Source: Bdellovibrionales bacterium (GTDB lineage: Bacteria > Bdellovibrionota > Bdellovibrionia > Bdellovibrionales > UBA1609). Taken from it: a stretch of 64,000 nucleotides of DNA. The notes beneath the pieces were generated by a model that made no database searches, was not told the DNA's origin, and saw only the letters and a list, made by a program, of their open reading frames with translations. This document shows positions 22,026 to 32,710 of this stretch, piece by piece. The stretch spans positions 640,394-704,393 of the forward strand of contig CBDBIB010000003.1 in the NCBI GenBank assembly GCA_965205945.1, written 5' to 3'. Both the position numbers and the translations under genes were made by a program. Numbering within the stretch: the first letter of the stretch is position 1; each line of letters begins with the position of its first letter.

Positions 22026-23252
22026 ATGAGTTTTTCAATAAAAGAACAGTTTGAAATTTTAAAATCAAATACAGTAGATCTGATTTCTGAAAAAGAACTA
22101 TTAGCAAAGCTTAAAACGTCTATTAAAGAAAAAAAACCTCTTAGAATCAAGTTTGGAGCAGACCCATCAAAGCCAGATCTTCATTTAGGGCATTTAGTTC
22201 AATTGCTAAAATTAAAACAGTTTCAGGATTTAGGCCATGAAGTTTTATTTTTAATAGGTGATTTTACAGCGCAGATTGGTGATCCTACAGGAAAAAATGA
22301 AACAAGGCCTGCCTTAATTAAAGAAGAAGTATTAGAATACTCTAAAACTTATTCTCATCAGGTCTTTAAGATTTTAGATAAAAAAAAAACAAAGGTTATC
22401 TACAATTCAGAGTGGTTTGATAAATTTTCATCAAGTGATTTTATAAAACTTTCTAGTCAATATACAGTTGCTAGAATGATTGAGCGAGATGATTTTGAAA
22501 AAAGATTTAAAGCTAATCAACCCATAGGACTTCATGAGTTTTTATACCCCTTGGTTCAAGGATTTGATTCAGTAAAATTAAAATCAGATATTGAACTTGG
22601 TGGAACAGATCAAAAATTTAATCTTTTAGTTGGAAGAGATCTTCAAAAATCTTATGGACAAAGTGCTCAATCAATTTTAACACTGCCTCTTTTAGAGGGT
22701 TTAGATGGTATTAAAAAAATGTCAAAAAGTTTAGACAATTATATTGGATTTAATGAAACTCCAAAAGATATGTTTGGGAAGTTTTTAAGTATCAGTGATG
22801 AGCTTATGTATAGGTATGCAAAACTTATACTTTTAAAGTCAGACAAAGAAATAAAATCACTTCAAACTCAGGTTGGATTAGGTAAAGCGCATCCTAAAAA
22901 GATTAAGACAGCATTAGCAAAACAAGTAATTCAAATATTTTATACATCAAAGCAAGCTGATCAAGCAGAGCAAGAGTTTGAAAGAATTTTTGTTAAAGGT
23001 GGGATTCCTGATGATGTTAAAGAAGTGCATTTTAAAAAACAGGAGGCTCCTTTATGGATATGTAAGGTGATTGTAGAGGTTGGGTTTGCTCAATCAAATT
23101 CTCAAGCTCGAAGGTTGGTTGAATCTAGAGCTGTTGAGATTGATGGTATAAAGCTTAAAGATCCAAAATTTGAATTGTTGTTAAGTAGTGCAGACAACAC
23201 TTATCTTTTAAAGGTAGGTAAAAAGAATTTTGCAAAAATTATGACTAAGTAA
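22026..23252 (+). CDS. tyrS: Tyrosine--tRNA ligase
   Basis: [28 protein letters not shown] and S4-like C-terminus. Confidence 0.97.
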   Translation: MSFSIKEQFEILKSNTVDLISEKELLAKLKTSIKEKKPLRIKFGADPSKPDLHLGHLVQLLKLKQFQDLGHEVLFLIGDFTAQIGDPTGKNETRPALIKEEVLEYSKTYSHQVFKILDKKKTKVIYNSEWFDKFSSSDFIKLSSQYTVARMIERDDFEKRFKANQPIGLHEFLYPLVQGFDSVKLKSDIELGGTDQKFNLLVGRDLQKSYGQSAQSILTLPLLEGLDGIKKMSKSLDNYIGFNETPKDMFGKFLSISDELMYRYAKLILLKSDKEIKSLQTQVGLGKAHPKKIKTALAKQVIQIFYTSKQADQAEQEFERIFVKGGIPDDVKEVHFKKQEAPLWICKVIVEVGFAQSNSQARRLVESRAVEIDGIKLKDPKFELLLSSADNTYLLKVGKKNFAKIMTK

Positions 23253-23278
23253 CCAGATTATTAAATTAGGAAAAAAAA

Positions 23279-23833
23279 ATGAAAATTAAGTTTCTCCCTA
23301 AAAATATAGAAGTAGAAGTAAAGCCGGGGCAGTCGGTTTTAAATGTGGCACAAGAAAATGGTATTTTAATACGTTCTGTTTGTAAGGGAGTTCCTTCTTG
23401 TGCAGAATGTAGGGTTATTGTTGTAGAAGGGGGTAATAATGTTCTTCCTCCAATGAGTGATGAGCTTGATTTAATTGGAACAGTTCATTTTGTTGACAGT
23501 AGGCGTTTAGCTTGTCAAATGCGTTGTTTTGGAGACCTTGTTATTAACCTTCAAGAACATGTTGATAAGGGTTTAGGTAATGTTAAGCAACCTAGAGGAA
23601 ACATTAGAAAAGAAATAGATGAGTCTAAAGCTAGGATGGGGAATATCTTAGAAGAGACTAAGGCTTTGGCGATTGAAATAGAAAAGACTGAAGAAGAAAA
23701 AAAAGAAGCTACAGCATTAAAAGTTAAACTCACTGATAAAAAGGTAATCTATAATAAAAAAATGGAAATATCAAAAAAATCTAAACCTAAATCAAAGAAG
23801 AAAAATAAAAATCACAGATGGAATAAAAAATAA
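23279..23833 (+). CDS. 2Fe-2S ferredoxin-domain protein with Lys-rich tail
   Basis: CKGVPSCAEC...RLACQ. Confidence 0.85.
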   Translation: MKIKFLPKNIEVEVKPGQSVLNVAQENGILIRSVCKGVPSCAECRVIVVEGGNNVLPPMSDELDLIGTVHFVDSRRLACQMRCFGDLVINLQEHVDKGLGNVKQPRGNIRKEIDESKARMGNILEETKALAIEIEKTEEEKKEATALKVKLTDKKVIYNKKMEISKKSKPKSKKKNKNHRWNKK

Positions 23834-23942
23834 TGGTAGAATAATTATTAAACAATAAAATATTTTATTAAAACCTTACTTTTAGAGGTGCTTTTTAAAT
23901 TATATATTTTATAGTTTTTAAAAATTTATCTAGAAGATAGAG

Positions 23943-24812
23943 TTAACTGCTTTTAATAAACTTTTTTAAATCCGTAGACAGGTTATTATCTTTTAAGGCC
24001 GCATGAATATTGGCTTTTAAAAGTCCTAAAACAGACCCTCCATCAAAACGAGGGCATTTTGTAATAACACCTGTAAGGCTATGATCTTTTGCCATTAAAC
24101 TTATAGAATCTGTTAATTGAATCTCGCCATTTTTTTTAGGACTTTCTTTTATATACTTTAATATTTTGTTTTTAAAAATATAACGCCCTGGAAGGATAAG
24201 ATTGCTTGGAGCATTTTTAAGCTTTGGTTTTTCAATAATTTTAGAGATATTTAAAGAACCGTTTGTTTCCTTAGTTTTTGCAACACCGTATTGACAAACT
24301 AAACTTGAATCTACCTGTAACAAAGAAACAACATTAGAACCTGTTTTTTCAAATTCTTTTTTTAATTCAATACAAGGGTTTTGTGATAAATCTGATGGTA
24401 GAAAAATCTCATCGGGTAAAAGCACGTAAAAATCACGATCTTTAAGGTTTTTTTCCGCTGAAAGAATCGCATGAGCTAAACCAAGCTGTTCTTCTTGATA
24501 GGTGAAGGTAACCTTAGGAAGCTGTTCGATATTTTTAAGTTCCTGAACTAAATGAGTTTTTCTATCTTTTTTTAACAAGTTTTTTAGTTCAGAATGATCT
24601 TTAAAATAGTTTTTTAAAGCCACTTTGTCTTTGTGAGAGATAATAATAGCTTCTGTAACTCCAGCATTTTTTAACTCATTTAAACAATGGTGAATTAAAG
24701 GAAGATTTAAAAGAGGGAGCATTTCCTTTGGAGTTGATTTTGTAGATGGAAGAAATCTTGTGCCTTTTCCTGCTGCAGGAATAATGGCAACTTTTGGTGT
24801 GTTATAAATCAT
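23943..24812 (-). CDS. galU: UTP--glucose-1-phosphate uridylyltransferase
   Basis: AIIPAAGKGTRFLPSTKSTPKEMLP, QLGLAHA, EKP and GEIQLTD. Confidence 0.92.
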   Translation of the reverse strand: MIYNTPKVAIIPAAGKGTRFLPSTKSTPKEMLPLLNLPLIHHCLNELKNAGVTEAIIISHKDKVALKNYFKDHSELKNLLKKDRKTHLVQELKNIEQLPKVTFTYQEEQLGLAHAILSAEKNLKDRDFYVLLPDEIFLPSDLSQNPCIELKKEFEKTGSNVVSLLQVDSSLVCQYGVAKTKETNGSLNISKIIEKPKLKNAPSNLILPGRYIFKNKILKYIKESPKKNGEIQLTDSISLMAKDHSLTGVITKCPRFDGGSVLGLLKANIHAALKDNNLSTDLKKFIKSS

Positions 24813-24835
24813 TTAATGATTATAACTAAAATTAA

Positions 24836-25165
24836 TTAAACAGCAAATGATGAGCCGCAGCCGCATGTTTTTGTAGCGTTTGGGTTTGAAAAAAGAAAGC
24901 CTTGTCCGTTTAAACCGCCCTGAAAATCAAGGCGCATTCCCATAATATAAAGTAAGCTCTTAGAATCAATTACAATTTTTAAGCTCTCTTCAGGTTCAAA
25001 GACTTTATCCTTCTCACCAACCTTAGAATCAAAATCTAATTTATAAGAAAACCCTGAGCAACCGCCGCGCTTTACATTTATACGTAAAAAGTCTGTTTTA
25101 GAGCTTTTCTCGGAATCTTTAATAAAAGCAATTTGCTTTAAGGCTGAATCAGTGACTGTAATCAT
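24836..25165 (-). CDS. A-type Fe-S carrier (IscA/ErpA/HesB family)
   Basis: GGCSGFSY and NPNATKTCGCGSSF; likely start is MITVTD at 25165. Confidence 0.93.
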   Translation of the reverse strand: MITVTDSALKQIAFIKDSEKSSKTDFLRINVKRGGCSGFSYKLDFDSKVGEKDKVFEPEESLKIVIDSKSLLYIMGMRLDFQGGLNGQGFLFSNPNATKTCGCGSSFAV

Positions 25166-25769
25166 ATGCTTATATAATAGCATAAAGTATCTAAATGTAA
25201 AATAATTTATGCTAGAGTACTATAATAAAAGAAGTAATTTGAAAATATTGATTGCTTAAGTGCTATTAAGGGCTTAGATTTCAGGGCCGATGCACTTTGA
25301 ATTTAAAAGGCTTAAGCCTCTACGGGGAGTTTGAGCAGCGCTTTTTAAAATTAAATATCAGTCTTTTCTCTACTGTAATGTCACTTTACTTAGATCAATC
25401 TTAGCTTAAGTCCAGGTAAAATCACAAGTTTTTGCAAAGTCTTTAAAAAGAGACTGTATTTACACAAGTTAAACATAGCATTATTTAAGTCTATATTCTG
25501 TAGAAGATAGAAAACTTAAACTTGTGACCAATGATGAAATTTTATTTGCCATTGCGACAGAGCTTCTCGATGAAAAGTTTACTCTTAAAACTAAAGATAT
25601 TATTAATTACATTATTAAAAACAACTCGAACCTGATATTAAAAGTTTAAGAAGCCATAGAGAATCTTGCGATTTTAAACAAGCAGATATTTAAAAATAGA
25701 GTTTTTTTTAATATAAATAAGCATTAATCAGATCTTCTCCTCCAATGTTTTAAAGCTGAGGCACTTAAT

Positions 25770-26000
25770 TTAATCTAATTTGAAGACCTTTTTTAAGAAA
25801 CTATTATCACAAGGCATCCGTATTTTTTTTGATTTCATAGTAGTTTTTGAACTTTCTTGTTTGAGTAAATTTAGTCTCATTCGTTTCATCAAATTAAAAT
25901 TTAGAGCACTATTTTTCGCACTCTTTTGATCAATATCATCTTTAAAGTGAACATCTAAAATCCAGTGTAAATTACTCTTATAAGAGATACCAATAGACAA
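25770..26000 (-). pseudogene. C-terminal fragment of an ISAs1-family transposase
   Basis: LHWILDVHFKDD...NSALNFNLMKRMRLNLLKQ matches the ISAs1 pattern LHWxLDVxFxED...NxxxLRxxALNLL; the N-terminal part is missing. Confidence 0.8.
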
Positions 26001-26044
26001 CTTTGTTTATTAAAAATTAATTATTTTTATAAATAAAATTATTT

Positions 26045-27139
26045 TTAAAGTTCTTTTAAAAAAAGTTGCCAATTAATGTTAAATTGATGTTTATTCTTAA
26101 TATTTTTATTTTTAAGTATAGCCTTAATTCTTTCTTCTGTAAGTGGATGGGTTCTAATAAATTCAGGTATAATGCCTTTTATACCTTTATTTTTTTCTTT
26201 TATTTTTCTTAAAAATGATATGAAATATTTAGGATGTATTCCTGCTTTTAAAAGTATTTGTACTCCTTTTTTGTCAGCATTTCTTTCTTGTTGGCGATTA
26301 TAAGAAAGTCCTTCTAAAGTAGAACTCAACTTAAGTAAACGTAATAAAGCACTGTTATCATTGAGAAGTAAACCGAATACAACAGCTGTTCCTGCTGTTC
26401 TAAGAAGTTTTTTTAAACTATGACGTTGTATACAGTGGCTCATCTCGTGAGCTAGAACTCCTGCAGTTTCCTTAGGGTTTTTTGTTAACTTTAACAATCC
26501 AGTTGTAATAATGATATAACCTCCAGGAAGAGCAAAAGCATTAACTAAAGGTGTATTAATAACAGTCCATTTATATCCTATTGATGCATCATCATAAGAG
26601 TCAAGGTGTTTAATAATCATCCCCATAGCTTTCTTAACTTGAGGAGAGTTGATTTTTTGTTTGTCTGTTAAATACTTCTGATAAGCAACTTTCCCAATTT
26701 TTTCTTCCCACTCATAAGGAACCCAATGATTTGCTAAGGTAAAAAAATTAAACACAAAAAAATAACAAAGTATAATTAAAAAAGCAGTCAAAGTAATATA
26801 AAATTTTACCCTGTGCTTTTCTTTTCTTAAAATTTTTTTTTGCTCTTTTAATACAGCTAAGATTTTTTGTTTTACTTTTAAGGTAGCTATACTTTTTAGT
26901 AAATCAGTTAATCGTTCATCGTGGCAATAAAGAAAATGCAACCCCTCTTCTTGCCAAGATATTTCTAGGGTAGTTTTTGAATCTCCTTTTAGATTAAATT
27001 GACATTTTGATAAAGAAACAAAGATTTTTTTTTCATCTTCTAAAACAATAAAAAGATTAGAGTCTTGTCCACTAATACGAGCAAGTTTTTTATTGTTATT
27101 AATATAATAACTACCAAGAATTGGCTTACTACTTTTCAC
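26045..27139 (-). CDS. M48 family metallopeptidase
   Basis: NAFALPGG, LAHEMSH, ERNAD and THP; one TM helix. Confidence 0.9.
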   Translation of the reverse strand: MKSSKPILGSYYINNNKKLARISGQDSNLFIVLEDEKKIFVSLSKCQFNLKGDSKTTLEISWQEEGLHFLYCHDERLTDLLKSIATLKVKQKILAVLKEQKKILRKEKHRVKFYITLTAFLIILCYFFVFNFFTLANHWVPYEWEEKIGKVAYQKYLTDKQKINSPQVKKAMGMIIKHLDSYDDASIGYKWTVINTPLVNAFALPGGYIIITTGLLKLTKNPKETAGVLAHEMSHCIQRHSLKKLLRTAGTAVVFGLLLNDNSALLRLLKLSSTLEGLSYNRQQERNADKKGVQILLKAGIHPKYFISFLRKIKEKNKGIKGIIPEFIRTHPLTEERIKAILKNKNIKNKHQFNINWQLFLKEL

Positions 27140-27150
27140 CTTAAAAGGTT

Positions 27151-27825
27151 TTATCTTTTAGAGGAAATAAATTGTTTAGCCCAACTACTAGAGCTCCTTG
27201 TTTGAATATAAACTTCACCAGGACCTTTAAAGCGACAAATTAAACCCTCACCACTGGTAAAACTAGAAATCCAACCTTTAGAGGCCTTTTCAATTTTATA
27301 ATTAGAAGTCTTTGCCCACGCAACCATATGACTATTATCAATAATTTTTTCTTCATCAGGAGCTAGTGTAATTTTTTGGATTCCACCATAGGTGGAAATT
27401 GCAACTTTCCCTTTTCCATGTAAACGCATCACAAAAAAACCTTCTCCAGAAAATAATCCTTTTGTTAAACTTTGAGCTTTTGTTGAAATATTTATTGACT
27501 CTTCAGCAGCAAGAAAGCCGTTTTTTTGTAAAAGATACTCTTCTGAACCATCTAACTCTAAAATAGCAATTTCACCAGGGTAAACAGAGGCAAGCATAAC
27601 ATCTCCATCACCTCGATTGGCTTTTAATGTTTGAAAAAAAAGTGTCTCTCCAGTAAATACTTTTCTAATAATTCCACTAAGCAAACCACCCTCTAATTTT
27701 GAATTTATATCAAGAGTATTGCTCATAGTAATCATCGCTCCAGATTCAGCTTTAATGGATTCACCGTGATTAAGTTTTACACCTAGTGTACTAAAAGCTC
27801 CCTTGTTTAATATATTAAACTCCAT
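27151..27825 (-). CDS. TIGR00266/AIM24 family protein
   Basis: AESGAM, GETLF, GEGFF, IIDNSHMVAW and GEGL..RF.GPG.VYIQTR. Confidence 0.9.
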   Translation of the reverse strand: MEFNILNKGAFSTLGVKLNHGESIKAESGAMITMSNTLDINSKLEGGLLSGIIRKVFTGETLFFQTLKANRGDGDVMLASVYPGEIAILELDGSEEYLLQKNGFLAAEESINISTKAQSLTKGLFSGEGFFVMRLHGKGKVAISTYGGIQKITLAPDEEKIIDNSHMVAWAKTSNYKIEKASKGWISSFTSGEGLICRFKGPGEVYIQTRSSSSWAKQFISSKR

Positions 27826-28639
27826 TAGCGATCTCCATTTTTTATTTTTCGTTAGACTTTGTATTTAAGCAGGATACTATAAAATTCATTATATTGGCAA
27901 TACTCTTTATCTAAATAGCTATAAAATAATATTTATCCTAAGAGTGGTGTTATTGTGTATGGGATCTGGTCTAGGCAAAGGATTTAAAATTGTTACCCAT
28001 TTATTCTACAGTATTTTTGTATGAACATAACCAAGGTAAGTAAAGTAAAGTTAAGGTTAATATTGTAAATAACAACAATAACTTAAATTAAAATAAAATC
28101 TTTTTGATTTGCTACTTAATTGTATTGGGTATTTTAGGTGTTTAATATAAGTTCACCCGAATTTAAACTTTTAACAGACTTGGGTTTTGACTAAATTAAA
28201 AAGTACTTTAGATTTTTGTAAGATATGGCTTTGAAAAATAAATTAATATTGAATTTAAAATTATGAATAGATAATGTGCTACCAACAGTGATTGTTTAAG
28301 TAGAGATGTAGGTAGAACTTAAGTGTAAATAGCAAGTTTTAGAGTAACTGTAACAGAGGATAATACTTTAGAAATTATGATACAGTTGTAAAAAATTGTC
28401 ATGGATTTACTTTAAAAGAGGTAGTTAATCTTAAAATTTTTAAAGATAATTACGTTAAAGCTTTAGCTCTTTATTATAAGGGGTAGAGCATTTTAATGTT
28501 TTTAGGTATTTAAAATGTTAGATTAGAGTCATTTTTTTACTTAAAGCCTTTTATTGTATTTTTAGTAAAATAGTGTTGTAAACATTAGTTTAGAATAGGT
28601 GCGTTTATTACTAAATCTGTAGATTTATAGGAGGTATGT

Positions 28640-29824
28640 ATGGCAGAGCAACTTGTTTTTAGCCCAACTAATGAGCATTCAATGTTAAGAGAGATGGTTA
28701 GAGATTTCACTCTAAAATCCGTAGAGCCTCAGGCTTTAGAGCATGACAGAAAGGAAAAGTTTAACTTAGATCTTTTAAAATCTACAGGAGAGCTTGGTTT
28801 GTTGGGGGTAGTTGTTTTAGAAGATTTTGGTGGTTCAGGAATGGATGCCACAGCCGCAGTAATTGTACATGAAGAGTTGTCTTATTCAGATCCAGGATTT
28901 TGTTTAGCATACTTAGCGCATTCTATACTTTTAGTGAATAATTTTTCAGTTAATGCAAGCAAAGAGCTTAAGGTGAAGTATCTTCCAGAAATGTGTGATG
29001 GAAGTTTTATAGGGGCCATGGCTATGTCAGAACCAGGTGTTGGAACTGATGTGTTAGGAATGATAACAAAAGCTGAGAAAAAAGGTGATAAATATATTTT
29101 AAATGGTCGTAAGATGTGGGTTACAAATGGGTGTTTAGATGATGATGGAACTCCAGCTGATGGTGTATTGGTTTATGCGATTACAGGAATGAAGCCTAAT
29201 GGGCGCCCGGAGTTGTCATTATTTTTTATTAAAAAAGAGTTTCAAGGGTTTTTAGTCGGGCAAAAAATCACTAATAAATTAGGTATGAGAGCTTCTAACA
29301 CAGCAGAACTTGTTTTTGAAAACTGTAAAGTTCCAGAAAATTATTTAATTGGTAAGGAAGGAAGCTCTTTAGTTCATATGATGAAAAATCTTGAAATTGA
29401 AAGATTAACATTAGCGGCAATGGGTTTAGGAATTGCGAAAAGATCTTTAGATGCAATGGTTAAGTATTCTTCTGAGCGTTATGCTTTTGGAAAATCAATT
29501 TCTAAATTTGGACAGATCCAAAGATACATCGCAGACAGCTATGCACAATATAAGGCGGCAAGAGCGTATGTTTATCAAACAGCTTTTGGTATGGGGCCTG
29601 AAGGAACTGGAGACCGTAAAGATTCTGATGGTGTAAAACTTGTTGCAACAACGATGGCAAAAAATGTTGCTGATAACGCCATTCAGGTTATGGGTGGCTA
29701 TGGTTATGTTGGAGAATATATAGTTGAGCGCTTGTGGAGAGATGCAAAACTTTTAGAAATTGGTGGGGGAACTCTTGAAGCGCATCAAAAAAATATTACT
29801 CAAGACCTTATGGCATCTTTGTGA
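28640..29824 (+). CDS. Acyl-CoA dehydrogenase, probably isovaleryl-CoA dehydrogenase (LiuA/Ivd-like)
   Basis: MAMSEPGVGTDV, KLGMRASNTAELVFE, RDAKLLEIGGGT; the IVD-type AHS segment. Confidence 0.85.
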   Translation: MAEQLVFSPTNEHSMLREMVRDFTLKSVEPQALEHDRKEKFNLDLLKSTGELGLLGVVVLEDFGGSGMDATAAVIVHEELSYSDPGFCLAYLAHSILLVNNFSVNASKELKVKYLPEMCDGSFIGAMAMSEPGVGTDVLGMITKAEKKGDKYILNGRKMWVTNGCLDDDGTPADGVLVYAITGMKPNGRPELSLFFIKKEFQGFLVGQKITNKLGMRASNTAELVFENCKVPENYLIGKEGSSLVHMMKNLEIERLTLAAMGLGIAKRSLDAMVKYSSERYAFGKSISKFGQIQRYIADSYAQYKAARAYVYQTAFGMGPEGTGDRKDSDGVKLVATTMAKNVADNAIQVMGGYGYVGEYIVERLWRDAKLLEIGGGTLEAHQKNITQDLMASL

Positions 29825-29943
29825 AAAAATGAGTTTTTATGATGGTGCTAAATTGATTATATAGGTTAATTCTTGCAGGAATCTTCATATTTTTCATATT
29901 AAGGAGTCTTTTTTATTGCTTCAATAGTTAAGTCCAGGTATCC

Positions 29944-30903
29944 ATGTTGACTATGAAAGACAATCATTTTTTTGAAGGTCCAGAAAAAAAACTAGAGCTT
30001 ATTTTTAAAGTTGAAGTGGGTGATCTACTTAAAAAACCAAATATTTTTTGGTATGGCCTTATGGATTTAGTAAAGGCAAAGATTTTATCTTCCATTGAAT
30101 CTAAAACCTGTAAAGCATTTTTGCTTTCTGAATCCAGTCTTTTTGTCTGGAAAAATAGAATTATTTTAATTACATGTGGGACAACAAGACTTATAGCAGC
30201 TGTAAAGTATTTGATTTCTATGTTTGGAAAAGATTTATTAGAAGAAGTTTTTTATGAAAGAAAGAATGAGTACCGGCCGAGTCTTCAAAAATCATCTGCA
30301 TTAGATGATATGGCCTGTTTAAAAGATATTTTAGGTGGAAGTGTTCACAGGTTTGGTCGAAAAGATGACCATCATGTATATATTTTTAATAGTTGTTTTA
30401 GTGAGAATAAAAATAATGCAAAAGTAAATACTCTAGAATTACTTATGTACGGCCTTCAAGGAGAATTTAATCTTTTTTTTATGAGTGATCCAGTGGTTCA
30501 AGAAAAAGTATTAAATTCGTTTAAAAAAATTCTGCCTGAATTTACTTTTGATCCATACTTTTTTAAACCAGAGGGGTTTTCTTTTAACGCCTTAAATGGT
30601 GATCAATATGCAACAATGCATGTTACTCCTCAAGGCTCAGAAAACTACGTAAGCTTTGAACTTGATCATGTGGATATTCAAAAAGCTAATAAAATAGTGC
30701 AAAATCTTGTGCACCTTTGTAGGCCTACTTCATATGATATTATTTTGTTTTCTGCAGAAGAGGAGGGTGTAGGCATGCGCTTTAAGCAATATGAGATAAA
30801 ACAGATTTCTAAATCAGAAACAGAGTCCGGCTACAATATTTTATATAGTCATTTTTATGATAAACAAAGTGTTTATATTAAACCGTTTGTAATTCAAACT
30901 TAA
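29944..30903 (+). CDS. speD: S-adenosylmethionine decarboxylase proenzyme, eukaryote-type (class 2, ~320 aa)
   Basis: FFEGPEKKLE, LLSE|SSLFV pyruvoyl cleavage site, ITCGTT, HVTPQ and YVSFE; precedes speE. Confidence 0.9.
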   Translation: MLTMKDNHFFEGPEKKLELIFKVEVGDLLKKPNIFWYGLMDLVKAKILSSIESKTCKAFLLSESSLFVWKNRIILITCGTTRLIAAVKYLISMFGKDLLEEVFYERKNEYRPSLQKSSALDDMACLKDILGGSVHRFGRKDDHHVYIFNSCFSENKNNAKVNTLELLMYGLQGEFNLFFMSDPVVQEKVLNSFKKILPEFTFDPYFFKPEGFSFNALNGDQYATMHVTPQGSENYVSFELDHVDIQKANKIVQNLVHLCRPTSYDIILFSAEEEGVGMRFKQYEIKQISKSETESGYNILYSHFYDKQSVYIKPFVIQT

Positions 30904-30913
30904 GAAAAAAGAG

Positions 30914-31780
30914 ATGATCAATATGAAAGAAGGCATTGATATTTGGGTAAGTGAAAATTTTAATGATGTTTATAAGATGAACTATAAAGTTAAAGAGACT
31001 TTATATTCAAAAGAGAGTGATTTTCAAAAAATTGATGTGGTTTTAACAGAGCATTTAGGAAGAGTGTTATTTAATGATGGGCTTTTAATGACATCTGAAA
31101 GAGATGAGTTTGTTTATCATGAAATGATCGCTCATGTCCCAATGTCTTCTCACCCCTATCCTGAAACAGTTTTGATTATTGGTGGTGGAGATGGTGGTAC
31201 GGCCAGAGAAATTTTAAAATATGATTATGTTAAAAAAGTTGTAATGGTTGAAATTGATTCTTGTGTAGTTGAAGCCTGTAAGAAGCATATTAAAGTTACT
31301 TCATGCGAATTAGATAATCCAAGATTAGAGCTTATCATTGATGATGGTTTAAAATATGTGAAAGAAACAACTAAGAAATTTGATATAATCTTAGTAGATT
31401 CTACAGATCCTATTGGGCCAGCGGCACCTTTATTTGATGTGGCTTTTTATAGTGATGTTAAAAATTGTCTTACAGAAAAGGGTATTGTTGTTTCACAATG
31501 TGAAAATCCATTTTTAGCAATACACATGCAAAAAAAACTTTTAGGGATTAAGGCTAAGCTTTTTGATAAAATTGCTGTTTATAATTATTCAAACATTACA
31601 TATCCGGGAGGTTTATGGTCTTTTTCTTTTGCTTCAAAAACTCAAGATCCCATTTTAGATGCAAGACCTCTTCCTGACAGCATTGTTAAAGATTTAAAGT
31701 ATTATAATCAACAGTTGCATAAAGCAGCGTTTGTCTTGCCACAGTTTCAAAAAAATGAAGTAAAAGAGTACTTAAAGTGA
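30914..31780 (+). CDS. speE: Spermidine synthase (aminopropyltransferase)
   Basis: DEFVYHEMIAH, VLIIGGGDGG, VEID, DSTDPIGP and YPGGLW. Confidence 0.95.
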   Translation: MINMKEGIDIWVSENFNDVYKMNYKVKETLYSKESDFQKIDVVLTEHLGRVLFNDGLLMTSERDEFVYHEMIAHVPMSSHPYPETVLIIGGGDGGTAREILKYDYVKKVVMVEIDSCVVEACKKHIKVTSCELDNPRLELIIDDGLKYVKETTKKFDIILVDSTDPIGPAAPLFDVAFYSDVKNCLTEKGIVVSQCENPFLAIHMQKKLLGIKAKLFDKIAVYNYSNITYPGGLWSFSFASKTQDPILDARPLPDSIVKDLKYYNQQLHKAAFVLPQFQKNEVKEYLK

Positions 31781-32472
31781 TAGAAATCGACTGGCGAACT
31801 AAAACAGTTTATAATAAAAAAAATGGATTTAAAGTTTTACCAGAGATTGTAATAAAGAGGTTAAATGAGTTTATAACAGATGAGAGAAAGGATAAGATTG
31901 AAAATATTTTATCTCAAAGAAGTTCTTACTTTATTCCTGTTTTAGAAAATGTTTGTGACAAAGGTAATATCAGTGCAGTAATGAGAAGTGCAGAAGCATT
32001 TGGATTTTATAGATTCCATATTATTAAAATAAGTAAAGATTTTAAAGAGTCTAAGAGAGTGACTCAAGGTGCAGATAAGTGGCTTGATGTGTCTAAGTGG
32101 ACAAATACAAAAGATTGTATTTTAACTCTTAAAGAGAGTGGTTATAGAGTTTATACAACACATTTGTCTAAAAAGGCGGTTGAATTTGATGAATTAGATT
32201 TAAATCAAAAAACAGCTGTTATTTTTGGAAATGAAAGAGATGGAGTTAGTAAAGAGGCGCTGTCTCTTGCTCATGGCAATGTCTTACTTCCTATGGCAGG
32301 TTTTACACAAAGTTTTAATATTTCCGTTGCAGGTGCCTTGAGTTTTCAGAGAGCTTTTTTTAAAAATCCTCCTAAAATTGATGAAGAAGAAAAAAAACTT
32401 TTAAAAGCAGTGTATTTTTTAAGAACTATAACCTGGCCTGAAAAAGCTTTATGTAAGATTTTTAGTGACTAG
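31777..32472 (+). CDS. TrmH/SpoU family RNA 2'-O-methyltransferase
   Basis: NISAVMRSAEAFG, FGNERDG and PMAGFTQSFNISVA. Confidence 0.9.
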   Translation: MIEIDWRTKTVYNKKNGFKVLPEIVIKRLNEFITDERKDKIENILSQRSSYFIPVLENVCDKGNISAVMRSAEAFGFYRFHIIKISKDFKESKRVTQGADKWLDVSKWTNTKDCILTLKESGYRVYTTHLSKKAVEFDELDLNQKTAVIFGNERDGVSKEALSLAHGNVLLPMAGFTQSFNISVAGALSFQRAFFKNPPKIDEEEKKLLKAVYFLRTITWPEKALCKIFSD

Positions 32473-32572
32473 TGTATCATAAATTAAATTTTAATGGCAT
32501 AGAGTGTTTTTATATTATACTTTTTTATTAATTTATAGAAGAGCTATAGAGTCAAAAAAAGTATTAAAATGG

Positions 32573-32653
32573 GCGTTGTTGCACATGAGTGTTTAATCTA
32601 AGATTAAAGGTTTAAAAAAATACTTCCTACCCATTTTAAAATAAATTTAAAAG
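32573..32653 (+). repeat. ~80-bp dispersed intergenic repeat, copy 1 (IS-end or MITE-like)
   Basis: Near-identical to 53754-53833 (4 substitutions and 1 indel by eye). Confidence 0.9.
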
Positions 32654-32710
32654 CGGATCTAAGAAAGTTTAGAAATAAAAACTTTGCTGACAATATAATT
32701 TGGTTTGAAT

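Noticed and set aside
27826..28639. Hidden gene or ncRNA in the 800-bp spacer
   Set aside because: Very AT-rich, with no ORF of 60 aa or more in the track and no convincing structure or repeat seen.
29901..29927. AAGGAG followed by TTG-CTT-CAA-TAG as a regulatory uORF before speD
   Set aside because: Three codons with a TTG start; the likely promoter (TTGCAG-N16-CATATT) would start transcription after the AAGGAG.
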